Shown here: in pieces, positions 1 through 10,270 of the stretch
Position numbering within the stretch: position 1 is the stretch's first letter
How the letters are laid out: every line of letters begins with the position of its first letter
From: a virus
Virus genome (UHGV): UHGV-0179607
Reading direction: 5' to 3' (one strand)
DNA: 44,632 bases
Translations under genes and position numbers: made by a program
The notes under the pieces: generated by a model
Told to the model about the DNA's origin: nothing
Databases searched by the model: none
What the model saw: the letters and a program-made list of their open reading frames with translations, nothing else

Positions 1-70
1 CGGGACAGGCGGGACAAAGCCCAGTCTTTCAGACTAGACGGGGGTCAATGGCCCCCCTCGTCTGAGACTG
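1..70. repeat. iterons plus conserved-stem hairpin upstream of the tape measure gene; copy 2 of the duplicated element
   Basis: Positions 1-18 carry two GCGGGACA units; 21-70 is an imperfect inverted repeat with the same arms as 28591-28640 but a different loop (TCAATGG vs TCTGGCA). Confidence 0.65.
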
Positions 71-138
71 AATAAGGTTTGTTTTAAATTCGCTGATACA
101 ATGACCGACGGCAACTGCATAAAAAGGGGGACTGCATA

Positions 139-2781
139 ATGGCAGATCAGGCAGCGGGCATCACGCTCAAGGCGGACGTCGCGCAAATTAAAACGGCTAA
201 TACTGTGCTGGACACATTTGCGCAGAAATCCGAGAACACAGAACAGAAAGTCAAAAAATTAAACGACACCCTCGGCAAGTCGAAAAAGGTCACGGGTGAC
301 GCCGCTGGCGGAATGGAAAAGTTAGCGACTGAATCTCAGCGTGCCGCCGACGGCATGACGAAACAGGAGCGACTCGCCAGCCGATTAGGCATGTCGACCA
401 AAAACCTGGGATTCGCATCGCGGAACGCCGCGTTCCAGTTACAGGATATCGCGGTTACGCTTGAGATGGGTATGCCGGTGCACCGCGTCATGCTTCAGCA
501 GCTACCACAGCTAACCGGCGCATTTGGCGGACTGGGTAACACGCTGCGTTATGTTGCAGGCTTCCTCGGCCCAGTAGGGATCGGACTTGCTGCCGTAACG
601 GCGACGTTAGGCGTGGGCGTGGCAATTACGTCACGGGCAGAGAACCAGGTAGCCGCGCTTAATAAGACGCTGGCGCTGTCCGGTAATATCTCCGGCCTCA
701 CAGCTAACCAGATCCTGGTGCTGTCCGAGAACGCCGAGCGCATGGGCGGGTCTTTTCGCAAGACGCGTGACACAATCCAGGCGCTGGCGGCGGCGGGTGT
801 GAAAGCGGGTGGTGACTTCGGCGCACTGGCGAAGGTAGTGAATGACTTCGCGAAGGTGTCCAGCCAGCCGATCGAGGATGTGGTAGCGGCGGTGGCGAAG
901 CTGTCAACCGACCCCGTTGGCGGACTGCGTGCGCTGGCGGATAAATATCACGTCGTAAACGAAGCGCAGATCCAGCAGGTACAGTCGCTCGTTGATGCGG
1001 GTCGTGAGACAGACGCAGTTGCGTTGGCTAACAAAACAGCCGCTGCGTCGTTCACCAGCATGACCAATGAGATCAAGGCGAACATGGGTACGCTTGAGCG
1101 ATCTATGAACGTCGTCACATCGGCAGCCAAATCAATGTGGGATGCCATCCTGGATGTGGGCCGCGCGCAGTCCTCCAATGAATCCGAGATGAAAGCGCGC
1201 GAATCACTGCAGCGGCTGACCACGGCTTACTATGCCGAGATGAAAGCGGTAAACGCTGCCGGTGGGGTAATGACTGAAGCGCAGAAAGCACGTATTAACA
1301 TGCTTTACAGCGAACTGGTCGCCCAGGAAAAAGTGGTGGCGTCGCTCACCCTGCGTAACCGTGCTGAGCGAGACAACGCCCGCGCCGCAGACGAATCCGC
1401 AAAGGCGAACGAGGAGGCCAACCGCACTGCCCGTGACCGCGCCGCGTTCGAGAAGGAATACGCCACCAACGCTAAGAAGCGCGCCGACGAGATCGCCCGC
1501 CTCAATTTGCTGAATAAGCGCGGCGTTATTGATGAGAAAGAACTTGCCGAGGCGGTGAAGCAGGTAAACGAGCGGTACAAAGACCCCGCCCCGAAGAAGG
1601 CTGCGGCTGTTCGCGTGGATGCCGGTATGAAAATGCTGGAAGTCGCACGGAGCGAACTGGCCCAGCTTCGAGAATCCGGCAAGCAGATCGAAGCCAACGC
1701 ATCTACGCAGACCCGCACGCAACGCGCTCAAGCGGCCTTAAACAAGCTGATTGCCGACAACGAACAGTTAATCGCGGCGAGCAAAGAAAGGGCGCTGACG
1801 GCGGCAGAGAAGCAGCAATTAGTCGAGTTCGGGCGCGTGAAGGAAGTGCGCGAGCAGATCGTCGAAGAAGCCAAATTGCTGGATGCGAAAGAGCAGCAGG
1901 TTAAGGCGCACGCGCAGATCGATGCCTTCGTTAAGAACCAGAACGCCGAACTAAAAGCCACCGCCGCGGGGTATGCGCTTTCCACTCGCGAAGCGGCAAA
2001 CCTGCGCGAAGAATTGCAGCTAATTGACCGCCTGAAGCGGGTTGGCGCTAACGATACCGATATTGACAAGGCGGTGTCTAAGCTGCGAGAAGTGCAGGAA
2101 GCACAGACCGGCGCTAACGCCTCGCTATGGGATGGATTCAGTCGCGGGCTTAAGGATAGCGTGGATGAAATGGGTAACGGATATACGCAGATGGCGACGC
2201 TAACGAAATTCACGTTCAGCGCTATGCAAGACACGATGAACGAGTTTTTCGAGACTGGCAAGCTGAACGCAAAGGATATGGTTAAGTCCATCCTTAGCGA
2301 ATTAATCAAGCTGGCTACCTCGCAGGCTTTCAAGTCGATCGTTAGCGCTTTCGGTGGCGACGGCGGCAAAAACGGATTGTTCGGCGCTATCTTCTCTGGC
2401 CTAACTAAGAATGCGGACGGCGGAGCGTACGCAGGAGGCAATCTCGCGGCCTATTCGGGGAAAGTGGTAAGCCAGCCTACCTTTTTCAGTTATGGCGTCC
2501 AGGCGTTCGCTAAGGGTGCAGGATTGATGGGCGAGGCTGGCCCCGAGGCCATCATGCCGCTGAAGCGCGGGCCGGACGGGAAACTGGGCGTTGCCGCGTC
2601 TGGCGCAGGCGGTGGTATGGTCGTGACGACTAACGTTTACACGGGGACCGGTAAGACGGATACCAGTGTTGGCGGGCCGGACCCACGTACCGCGCAGGCG
2701 TTCGGCAAGCAAATCACCGAGGCGGTGAAGGCCGAGATCGTGAAGGCGACGAAACCGGGTGGTGTACTTTACAAACGATGA
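139..2781 (+). CDS. tail tape measure protein
   Basis: 880 aa, largest ORF upstream of the L/K/I/J-like tail genes; long Ala/Gln/Lys-rich helical segments and Gly-rich C-terminal region; RBS GGGGG upstream of ATG at 139. Confidence 0.85.
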   Translation: MADQAAGITLKADVAQIKTANTVLDTFAQKSENTEQKVKKLNDTLGKSKKVTGDAAGGMEKLATESQRAADGMTKQERLASRLGMSTKNLGFASRNAAFQLQDIAVTLEMGMPVHRVMLQQLPQLTGAFGGLGNTLRYVAGFLGPVGIGLAAVTATLGVGVAITSRAENQVAALNKTLALSGNISGLTANQILVLSENAERMGGSFRKTRDTIQALAAAGVKAGGDFGALAKVVNDFAKVSSQPIEDVVAAVAKLSTDPVGGLRALADKYHVVNEAQIQQVQSLVDAGRETDAVALANKTAAASFTSMTNEIKANMGTLERSMNVVTSAAKSMWDAILDVGRAQSSNESEMKARESLQRLTTAYYAEMKAVNAAGGVMTEAQKARINMLYSELVAQEKVVASLTLRNRAERDNARAADESAKANEEANRTARDRAAFEKEYATNAKKRADEIARLNLLNKRGVIDEKELAEAVKQVNERYKDPAPKKAAAVRVDAGMKMLEVARSELAQLRESGKQIEANASTQTRTQRAQAALNKLIADNEQLIAASKERALTAAEKQQLVEFGRVKEVREQIVEEAKLLDAKEQQVKAHAQIDAFVKNQNAELKATAAGYALSTREAANLREELQLIDRLKRVGANDTDIDKAVSKLREVQEAQTGANASLWDGFSRGLKDSVDEMGNGYTQMATLTKFTFSAMQDTMNEFFETGKLNAKDMVKSILSELIKLATSQAFKSIVSAFGGDGGKNGLFGAIFSGLTKNADGGAYAGGNLAAYSGKVVSQPTFFSYGVQAFAKGAGLMGEAGPEAIMPLKRGPDGKLGVAASGAGGGMVVTTNVYTGTGKTDTSVGGPDPRTAQAFGKQITEAVKAEIVKATKPGGVLYKR

Positions 2782-2815
2782 TAAAATGGCCCTCACTACA
2801 ACGTGGGGGCTTTTT

Positions 2816-3415
2816 ATGTCACAAGGTACAATCACACTAACGAAAGGAAGTAAGACCGTTACAGGCGTGGGGACGGCGTTCCTTAGCGAGATCGGGAAGG
2901 TACTCGTATTCGCCCGCATCGACGGCAACGACTACACCGGCAAAATTGCGGCATTCAACTCGAACACGGTCATTACTCTGAAAGATAACTGGGCTGGGCC
3001 AACGAAATCCGGTGCGGCATATGAGCTAATCGAAGCACACGACCCGCGATCAAACGAATGGCCCTATTACTGGCACATGCAATTGCAGGGCGGTGGCGAC
3101 GTGCAGTTAGCTTTCCGGTCCGAGGAATTGCAATTCGGTAATGGCTACGGGCAGAACATCGCGGACGGCCCGAACGCCGAAACTAAACAGTTCCCCGTGC
3201 AATTCATAGGGCTGACTACTGACAAGTGGTGCAACCCTAAACTGGTTTACAACTTCCTTCGCGGGCACTTCGTCAAGCCGTTTGTCGTCACCGCGCCGGA
3301 TGGCGAAACAGGTTTATTCGTGGTCGATCGTTCGAGCTTGTCGTACACGGACAACGGACACCTCACGGCAACCGTATCCGCCACCCTTAAGACTGCTATT
3401 GGATTCGTAAGATGA
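2816..3415 (+). CDS. minor tail protein in the gpM position (hypothetical)
   Basis: ORF directly after the tape measure gene; start moved to ATG 2816 with GGGGGC Shine-Dalgarno. N-terminus (GTITLTKGSKTVTGVGTAF...WAGPT) resembles the N-terminus of the tail fibre at 10291. Confidence 0.5.
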   Translation: MSQGTITLTKGSKTVTGVGTAFLSEIGKVLVFARIDGNDYTGKIAAFNSNTVITLKDNWAGPTKSGAAYELIEAHDPRSNEWPYYWHMQLQGGGDVQLAFRSEELQFGNGYGQNIADGPNAETKQFPVQFIGLTTDKWCNPKLVYNFLRGHFVKPFVVTAPDGETGLFVVDRSSLSYTDNGHLTATVSATLKTAIGFVR

Positions 3416-4200
3416 ATAAACTTTATCGCGAGGCGACGCGCTTTGACCCATCGGGTCGCGTTCGCCTGATTCACATTGACGCGCAGGACGTGGAACCAGG
3501 CGACGGTGCGATCGGCGCGGGCCATCACTATTTCCACTACTGCTTTATTCCGCACACTGCCGAGGATATTGCTGCCGCCGGTGGTGACGAGGATAAGCTA
3601 AAGCCTAAATCAATCTTCTTCGGCGGGCAGGAGTTCGAATTTTGGCCCTTCGATTTATCCGGCCTTAACTTCTCCACATCGACGGCGGCAGAACCGCAAC
3701 TAACAATCGTCGATATTGGCGGCATAATCACCCGGCTGTCGCTGAATCACGACCAGCTACTTGGCGCGAAGGTTGAGATCATTGATACGTTCGCGAAGTT
3801 CCTGGACAACGGGACAGATCCAGACCCGACGCAGAAACGAGTTCAGGAGTATTACATCGACTCGCAGGTCGGGCGCAATCCGGGCAAGCAAATCACCTTC
3901 GCACTATCCTCACCTGCGGATATGGAAGGGCAGGTCGTACCCCGTCGCCAAATCATGAATATGTGCGAATGGGCGCTCAACGGGAAGTACGCCAGCGGGG
4001 ACGGGTGCACCTGGAACCTTGCGAAGCCTGGTATCAAGTATTACGACGAGCGAGGTAATGAAGTCATCGCGATGAACATGGACCGATGCGGCGGCTGTTT
4101 GTCCGACTGTTATCTTCGATTCGGGCAAGGGCTTGCGGACCCTAAAGCGGCGGTGCTGGACTTCGGCGGCTTTCCGGGGTCCAGATTAATTAAGGGGTAG
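3412..4200 (+). CDS. minor tail protein, lambda gpL-like
   Basis: Position between gpM-slot and gpK-like genes; C-terminal Cys cluster (CEW...CTW...CGGCLSDC) as in Fe-S containing gpL-type proteins; start overlaps upstream stop. Confidence 0.65.
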   Translation: MNKLYREATRFDPSGRVRLIHIDAQDVEPGDGAIGAGHHYFHYCFIPHTAEDIAAAGGDEDKLKPKSIFFGGQEFEFWPFDLSGLNFSTSTAAEPQLTIVDIGGIITRLSLNHDQLLGAKVEIIDTFAKFLDNGTDPDPTQKRVQEYYIDSQVGRNPGKQITFALSSPADMEGQVVPRRQIMNMCEWALNGKYASGDGCTWNLAKPGIKYYDERGNEVIAMNMDRCGGCLSDCYLRFGQGLADPKAAVLDFGGFPGSRLIKG

Positions 4201-4202
4201 TT

Positions 4203-4943
4203 ATGTTAACGAAGAAGGTTAAAAGCGATATCGCCGCACACGTCGCGGCCTGTCTGCCGGAAGAAGCCTGTGGCCTGGTTGTCATGGTGGGTCGTAAGCA
4301 AGTGTTCGTCCCATGTCTGAACGTATTCGAAGACCCGACCGGCGTGCGCTCACGCAAAGACGCTTTTACGATTAGTGATATGGCCTGGATGGATGCCGAG
4401 GATATGGGCGACGTCGTGCGCGTAGTCCACTCGCATCCGGGCCAGCGAGAGCTTACCCCCTCACTGGGCGACGTTAACGGATGCAACGGCAGCGGCGTAG
4501 TCTGGACCATCACTAACGAATATGGCGATTTTATCGAGATCGACCCTGAAGACCCTCCGCTGGTGGGGCGTCGATTTGTTCTCGGAATTACGGATTGTTA
4601 CGGCCTCGTCATGGACTGGCACAAAAAGCAGGGCGTAAACCTGCCAGACTTCCGCGTGCCGTATAACTGGTGGGAGACAGGCGAAAATCTGTATATGGAT
4701 AATTGGTACGGTGCTGGCTTCAGGGAATGCGAGGAGAATACGCCGGGGGCAATGGTCATCATGCAGATTAGCGCGCCAGTGCCTAACCACGCCGGGATAT
4801 TCCTTCCAGGCAACCAACTCCTGCACCATATCTACGGCAGCTTGTCGAGCGTCGTACCCTTCCGGGCAGGATTTTTCCGTGACAATGTGGTTAAATGGGT
4901 CCGTCATAAAGACCTACCGGGGAATATCACAGAATGGCAATGA
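4203..4943 (+). CDS. tail assembly protein, lambda gpK-like (MPN/JAB plus NlpC/P60-like)
   Basis: HSHPG motif typical of JAB/MPN metalloprotease domains in the N-terminal half; C-terminal half with a conserved Cys/His; synteny L-K-I-J. Confidence 0.7.
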   Translation: MLTKKVKSDIAAHVAACLPEEACGLVVMVGRKQVFVPCLNVFEDPTGVRSRKDAFTISDMAWMDAEDMGDVVRVVHSHPGQRELTPSLGDVNGCNGSGVVWTITNEYGDFIEIDPEDPPLVGRRFVLGITDCYGLVMDWHKKQGVNLPDFRVPYNWWETGENLYMDNWYGAGFRECEENTPGAMVIMQISAPVPNHAGIFLPGNQLLHHIYGSLSSVVPFRAGFFRDNVVKWVRHKDLPGNITEWQ

Positions 4944-5551
4944 CAACGTTTAAATTGTACGGCGTCTTAGGGCGTCGATTCGGTAAAGTGCATAGGCTGG
5001 ACTGTTTCACACCGGGCGAAGGAATCACCGGCTTGTGTGTGAAGTTGCCGGGGTTACAAGACTTTTTAATGTCCGCCCACCTGGATAACATGATGTTCAA
5101 GGTGCGCAAAGGCGACCACACGATGACCGGCTATGATGAGCTGGGCGAGTTCCACGGCAACCGCGTAGTTACCATCGCGCCGGTTATGACGGGCGCAAAA
5201 AGAGGGTTGGGACAATTGCTGGCGGGTGTCGCGATCGTTGTGGCGTCGTTCTATACGGGCGGACTTGCTACTGCCGCTTTCGGGGCTTCGGCTGCAACCG
5301 CTGCCGCTATCGGAACGGCGACGTTTTCGTTCGGGATGTCGATGGCGCTGGGTGGCGTTATGCAATTGCTGTCGCCACAACCGAAAGGATTGCAGACAAG
5401 GCAGGACGTGGATAACAAAGCGTCGTACGCGTTCGGCGGGCCAGTGAACACGACCGCGCAAGGTACGGCGCTTGGTGTATTATGGGGCGAGCGTGAGATC
5501 GGCGGCGCTATTATTTCAGCCGGAATCGTAACCGAGGATTTGAACGAATGA
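4934..5551 (+). CDS. tail assembly protein, lambda gpI-like
   Basis: 205 aa between the K-like and J-like genes; hydrophobic Gly/Ala-rich C-terminal segment; overlapping start/stop with both neighbours. Confidence 0.6.
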   Translation: MAMTTFKLYGVLGRRFGKVHRLDCFTPGEGITGLCVKLPGLQDFLMSAHLDNMMFKVRKGDHTMTGYDELGEFHGNRVVTIAPVMTGAKRGLGQLLAGVAIVVASFYTGGLATAAFGASAATAAAIGTATFSFGMSMALGGVMQLLSPQPKGLQTRQDVDNKASYAFGGPVNTTAQGTALGVLWGEREIGGAIISAGIVTEDLNE

Positions 5552-8500
5552 CGATTATTTACGACGTCACGGGCCATAAAGGCGGCGGTGGCAAACAGCA
5601 CACCCCACAGGAGACACCCGATAGCCTGCATTCTCTGGCTAAAATCCGCATCTTGCTTGCGCTGGGAGAAGGTGAGTTCGAAGGTATTCCAGACTCTAAC
5701 GAATTACGGCGGCGCGTATATCTGGACGGAACACCGATCCAGAATGCAGACCTGTCTGAAAACTTCCCTGGGGCGCGTGTGGAGTTCCGCCCAGGAACAC
5801 AGCACCAGGATGTGATCCACGGATTTTCAGCGGTGGAAAGTGAGCAATCTGTCGGCGTAAAACTGGAAAACGGCACGCCGTGGGTGCGCCAGATTAACGA
5901 TACCAGTCTGGACGCCGTTCGCATTCGCATCGGCATTCCGGCCCTGTACACTAACGAAGATAACGGCGACCTGGTGGGCGGGCGCATCGACTATAAGATC
6001 GTTGTGTATACGGATAACGCCGATCCGCGTGAGTTCAGATTCGCCGCCGTTGGTAAAACAATGTCGCTATATGAGCGCGACCACCGCATCGAATTACCAC
6101 CGAACGTGAATACCGGCTGGCGAGTGGAGGTGCACCGCATAACGGCAGACTCCACATCGGCGAAAGTGGTTAATGATATCCGGGTGCAATCCATCACTGA
6201 GATTATCGACGCCCGCCTGCGTTACCCGCTAACCGCGCTGTTGTTTGTGGAGTTCGACGCTAAAGCGTTCCAGAACATCCCGCGCGTGTCCATTAAGTGC
6301 AAAGGTCGCAAAGTTCTAATACCGAACAACTACGACCCGATCAATCATACCTATTCCGGGGACTGGGACGGCACGTTTAAACGCGCATGGACGGATAACC
6401 CTGCGTGGCACTGGTACGATATTTGTATTACTGAGCGCTTCGGCCTCGGTCGGCGTATCAAACCGCAAATGCTAAACCGATACGCGCTCTACCAGATTGC
6501 GCAGCGCTGCGATCAGTTGGTCAGCGACGGCAACGGTGGTCGAGAAATCCGCTTTAAGAATGATATGTACATTCAGTCACAGACGGATGCCTGGACCGTG
6601 CTTAAGGATTTAGCCGCCATCTTCGCCGGAATGACCTGGTGGGGTAACCAGATGTTGAATATCGTCAGTGACCAACCGGTCGCAGCAGTGTCGCACACTA
6701 TCACCAACGCCTCGGTAATTGATGGTCGATTCGACTACGCATCTGGCAGCCAGAAAACTCGCTATTCCACATTTGCGGTCGCATACGGCAACCCGAAGAA
6801 CCACTATGAAGATGCCATCGCAACGGGGCAGCGCGTCGAACTGGTACGCCGCCATAAGATTAACCGTCTTGATATTACGGCGATCGGCTGTACGCGTGAA
6901 TCTGAAGCGCAACGCCGCGGGCACTGGGCACTAATTTCCAACCAGCTTGACCAGCAAGTTAGTTTTAAGGTTGGCATGGAGGGGCTATTCTTTATTCCGG
7001 GTAGCGTAGTCGCGATCGCAGATACAAACATTTCTGGCGGCTTCGAGACACGCGGCGGTCGCCTGTTGTCGGACCCTGGCACGCGTACAGTGCTTAACAC
7101 GGACAGCGAAATCACGTTCCGCCCAGGTGATAAATTCCTGGTACGCACCGATAGCGGTAATGTAGAGACTCGCGAGATCGCCAGCGTCAACGGCAACAAG
7201 GTTACGCTAAAAACCGCACTGGACGCCGACCCGATTCCTGATCAGCCGTTTTGCGTCGATGGCAACGATATCCAGTTGCAGAAGTTCCGCATCACCGACC
7301 TGGAATATGACGACTCTACCAGCACTTTTTCAGTGCGCGGGATCGAGTACAACGATAGCAAATATGATGCCGTTGATAATGGCGCTCGCCTTGATCCGGG
7401 CATCTTTACTCAAGTGCCCGACGGTGTAATGAAGGGGCCAGAGTCCGTAACCATCACCCCGTCGCAGATTTCATCGCAAGGCCAGCTAATCACCAACGTG
7501 GATATTGTATTCCCTCCGGTGAAGGACGCCGTGGTGTATGAAATCCAGTGGCGACGTACCAGCTTGCAGAATATGAAAATCCAGTGGGGTAACGACTGGG
7601 TGAACATCCCCCGCACGGCCTCGAACGGCGCGCACATCCCTAACGTGTTCTCCGGTAACTACCAGGCACGCGTCCGCGCAATCGGTATGGGCGAGATTTC
7701 ATCCCCGTGGGTGTCGTCTGCCATCACGCCGATAGAAGGTCGTCTCGGCGGGCTTAACGCGCCTATCATCACCAACGCGATTTCGGGCCTCCACCAAATT
7801 TTGTGGAAGTGGAACCACAACAACGCCGCGACGGATATTTCGTACACCGAGCTTGAAGTGCGCAAGACCGGTGAAACGGAGTGGAAATTTCTTACCAACG
7901 TCCCATATCCGGGGGCGGAGTATGCGCAAACGTCACTGGAGTTCGGGATCTATCAGCAGTTGCGCGCCCGTGTAGCGGATAAAATCGGCAACCTGTCGGA
8001 CTGGTCGGCCCCGTTTGAAGGGCAGGTGAGTGACAAAGTTGACGAATACATGAAGGGGCTTGATGACGAGTTCTTGACTTCCGAGGACGGTAAACGCTTC
8101 CAGGAAGCGATCGACACCATGCCGCAAGGTATCTATGAGTCTATGCTTACGGACGCCCAGCAGCTATTCAATGCCCGCGCCGAGTATAAAGGGATTTATG
8201 CGGAAATCACGGTGGCGTATAACGTGGCGGCGGACGCGCATAAAGCCGTAGCGCAACTGGAAACGTTGATCGGCACGCGCCTTGATGACGCTGAAGCATC
8301 AATCCACACGTTGCAGACTGCGCAAAGCACACATGAACAAGCGTTCGCCCAGTACCAGCAAACTGTTGCCGCTAAGTTTTCGGAACAGGAAGCAGCCATC
8401 CAGCAGGTACAAACGGCAACGGCGGACGTGGCTGGCGCGCTGGCAGAGTATAAGACCCAGGTCGCGGCGCAGTTCGGACAGCAGTCCGCAGCTATCGAGC

Positions 8501-8994
8501 AGAAGATGACGTCTTCGTTTAACCATGCTGGTGGCAGCGCCACGTACAGTCTTAAGGCTGGCGTGACGTATAACGGGACTTACTATGACGCCGGTATGCA
8601 GCTTTCAGTTGTGACGTCTGGCAACGCAGTTAAATCGCGTATTGCGTTCAAAGCCGACCAGTTCTATATCATGCACCCATCTAATGGGTCGCTTTCGTCC
8701 GCGTTTATCGTTGACGGCGGGCAGGTGTACATCGACACGGCACGCATCAAGGATGCGTCAATCAACTTTGCACAGATCACGGACACGCTGCAATCAAATA
8801 ACTTCGCTTCAGGGTCACGCGGCTGGCGTATCCAGAAAGGCGGCGCTGCGGAGTTTAACGAAGTAACGGTCCGCGGCAACCTGTACGCCACATCCGGTAA
8901 CTTCGGATTCTCTGGTGGGACCGTGACGATTGACAAGACAGGAGTAAACGTGCCGTTACCTGGCGGGGGAAGGGTGAAAGTCGGGACGTGGTAA
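5548..8994 (+). CDS. central tail fibre / host specificity protein, lambda gpJ-like
   Basis: 1148 aa, last gene of the L-K-I-J block; followed by a rho-independent terminator. Confidence 0.8.
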   Translation: MTIIYDVTGHKGGGGKQHTPQETPDSLHSLAKIRILLALGEGEFEGIPDSNELRRRVYLDGTPIQNADLSENFPGARVEFRPGTQHQDVIHGFSAVESEQSVGVKLENGTPWVRQINDTSLDAVRIRIGIPALYTNEDNGDLVGGRIDYKIVVYTDNADPREFRFAAVGKTMSLYERDHRIELPPNVNTGWRVEVHRITADSTSAKVVNDIRVQSITEIIDARLRYPLTALLFVEFDAKAFQNIPRVSIKCKGRKVLIPNNYDPINHTYSGDWDGTFKRAWTDNPAWHWYDICITERFGLGRRIKPQMLNRYALYQIAQRCDQLVSDGNGGREIRFKNDMYIQSQTDAWTVLKDLAAIFAGMTWWGNQMLNIVSDQPVAAVSHTITNASVIDGRFDYASGSQKTRYSTFAVAYGNPKNHYEDAIATGQRVELVRRHKINRLDITAIGCTRESEAQRRGHWALISNQLDQQVSFKVGMEGLFFIPGSVVAIADTNISGGFETRGGRLLSDPGTRTVLNTDSEITFRPGDKFLVRTDSGNVETREIASVNGNKVTLKTALDADPIPDQPFCVDGNDIQLQKFRITDLEYDDSTSTFSVRGIEYNDSKYDAVDNGARLDPGIFTQVPDGVMKGPESVTITPSQISSQGQLITNVDIVFPPVKDAVVYEIQWRRTSLQNMKIQWGNDWVNIPRTASNGAHIPNVFSGNYQARVRAIGMGEISSPWVSSAITPIEGRLGGLNAPIITNAISGLHQILWKWNHNNAATDISYTELEVRKTGETEWKFLTNVPYPGAEYAQTSLEFGIYQQLRARVADKIGNLSDWSAPFEGQVSDKVDEYMKGLDDEFLTSEDGKRFQEAIDTMPQGIYESMLTDAQQLFNARAEYKGIYAEITVAYNVAADAHKAVAQLETLIGTRLDDAEASIHTLQTAQSTHEQAFAQYQQTVAAKFSEQEAAIQQVQTATADVAGALAEYKTQVAAQFGQQSAAIEQKMTSSFNHAGGSATYSLKAGVTYNGTYYDAGMQLSVVTSGNAVKSRIAFKADQFYIMHPSNGSLSSAFIVDGGQVYIDTARIKDASINFAQITDTLQSNNFASGSRGWRIQKGGAAEFNEVTVRGNLYATSGNFGFSGGTVTIDKTGVNVPLPGGGRVKVGTW

Positions 8995-9000
8995 ATGCGA

Positions 9001-9024
9001 TGGGGCCAGATGGCCCCATTTTCA
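9001..9024 (+). terminator. rho-independent terminator after the J-like gene
   Basis: Perfect 8-bp stem TGGGGCCA / TGGCCCCA followed by TTTTC; also lies at the 3' end of the convergent minus-strand gene. Confidence 0.6.
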
Positions 9025-9987
9025 ATACATATTCGGGATGACGAGTAGCGGGGTTGGTACTGCAATATTTTTACTTGGCATCTGGAATTGCTGCCGTGAG
9101 TAGTTGCCGATGACGCGGTTTTTAGCGACGCGCACATTATTACCCGCCATGCGTATGCCGTTCATGCGGACGTGGTTATAGCCACCGTTGTTCTGAATCA
9201 GTGCGCCGGTGTATGAAAGCTGGATCAGGCTGTTTCCAATATTCTGGTCGCCCGTTCCGATGTTAATAGTGCGGTCATATACGAACGGCTTGTTCACCGT
9301 CGAGAACGTAACCTGATTCTGGTTATTCGTCATGGTGATTCCGGCCCCCGGCGTGGGTGGTGTGTTGTTGAATATCACCAAATCCATGTCCACCGAAGCC
9401 GCCACATCGTCGATGCCTCCATAGGACGCGTTGCGGACGATAATACTGCCGCCATCGAAGCCTACTGATACGTTGCCATCATCCCATCGGGCGAACGGAA
9501 CACCGCCAACCGGCAAGGCCATACTACCGTTGACGCGCACGCGCTGTGCGTATCGGCAGGTCATTAGCTTAGACACGTTGGATATGGCGGTGAAGTCCGT
9601 CGAGTTAGCCACCAGTAAACCTGCGTTGCGCGAACCAACCGGCAGCACTTCCATTATGACGCCCGCCCATTGTGGTAAACCAGAGTACGCGCCATACGCA
9701 TCCTCCCCGCGCAGGGTGATACCACTATTACCGTTGCGAGTAACCGACGTAACGTAAAACGGGTCGGGAATTACCAGGGTCTGGTCAAACACCTCAATCA
9801 CTTCTACCGGGCGAGTTAGCGCGACGATGACCTGCGACCCATCCGTAAGCGGGGTGTTAATGGTTAGCGTCTTGTTGGACTGTGCCCGCTGGTTAAAGCT
9901 GGTGCAGTATGACGGCGCGCGGAGTCCCGCGGTTATCTCCATGCGCGGCCTTCCGTCGTTATAGTCGATAAGTATTCCAGCGCCCAT
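9022..9987 (-). CDS. putative receptor-binding protein (beta-helix-like, hypothetical)
   Basis: 321 aa from ATG 9987 with GGGAG SD; Asn/Gly/Thr/Ser-rich repetitive beta-strand composition; translationally coupled to the upstream lipoprotein gene; position between the J-like gene and the lateral tail fibre gene as in T5 (pb5/llp) and T1-like RBP loci. Confidence 0.35.
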   Translation of the reverse strand: MGAGILIDYNDGRPRMEITAGLRAPSYCTSFNQRAQSNKTLTINTPLTDGSQVIVALTRPVEVIEVFDQTLVIPDPFYVTSVTRNGNSGITLRGEDAYGAYSGLPQWAGVIMEVLPVGSRNAGLLVANSTDFTAISNVSKLMTCRYAQRVRVNGSMALPVGGVPFARWDDGNVSVGFDGGSIIVRNASYGGIDDVAASVDMDLVIFNNTPPTPGAGITMTNNQNQVTFSTVNKPFVYDRTINIGTGDQNIGNSLIQLSYTGALIQNNGGYNHVRMNGIRMAGNNVRVAKNRVIGNYSRQQFQMPSKNIAVPTPLLVIPNMY

Positions 9988-9989
9988 TA

Positions 9990-10211
9990 TTACCACTCCC
10001 GTGATTTAACTGATACTGTGCCTGAGAAATTGCCGTCGCTATCTGAAGACAGCCCAGTGAATCGCATGTCTACATCTCCTGCCGGTACTTTTTGCCCGTC
10101 AACGTAGCGCAACATGCAGCTACCGTAAGCAACCGTAACGCAATCGCCGTTGTTGCGTTCTACGGCGCAACCGGACAAAAGGACCGCACAAATCATAATT
10201 AAAGTTTTCAT
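9990..10211 (-). CDS. outer-membrane lipoprotein, Cor/Llp-like superinfection exclusion candidate
   Basis: 73 aa from ATG 10211; N-terminus MKTLIMICAVLLSGC has a signal peptide with lipobox LSGC; own promoter-like sequence upstream; adjacent to the receptor-binding locus. Confidence 0.5.
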   Translation of the reverse strand: MKTLIMICAVLLSGCAVERNNGDCVTVAYGSCMLRYVDGQKVPAGDVDMRFTGLSSDSDGNFSGTVSVKSREW

Positions 10212-10242
10212 GGTATCATCCCCTATATTTGGTTGAGTTTTA

Positions 10243-10270
10243 GTATTACACCGCTCAACCAGGATTGCAA
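10243..10270 (-). promoter_or_regulatory. sigma70-like promoter for the lipoprotein/RBP pair
   Basis: On the minus strand TTGCAA - 16 bp - TAATAC, about 35 nt upstream of the lipoprotein start; overlaps a copy of the TTGGTTGCA motif. Confidence 0.35.

Noticed and set aside
549-2928. Series of minus-strand ORFs (549-773, 704-907, 948-1223, 1204-1731, 1305-1718, 1728-2441, 2401-2928) inside the tape measure gene
   Set aside because: All lie antisense within one long, well-supported coding region; their products are low-complexity Ser/Ala/Arg-rich, and none has an independent RBS or promoter. Treated as GC-rich shadow ORFs.
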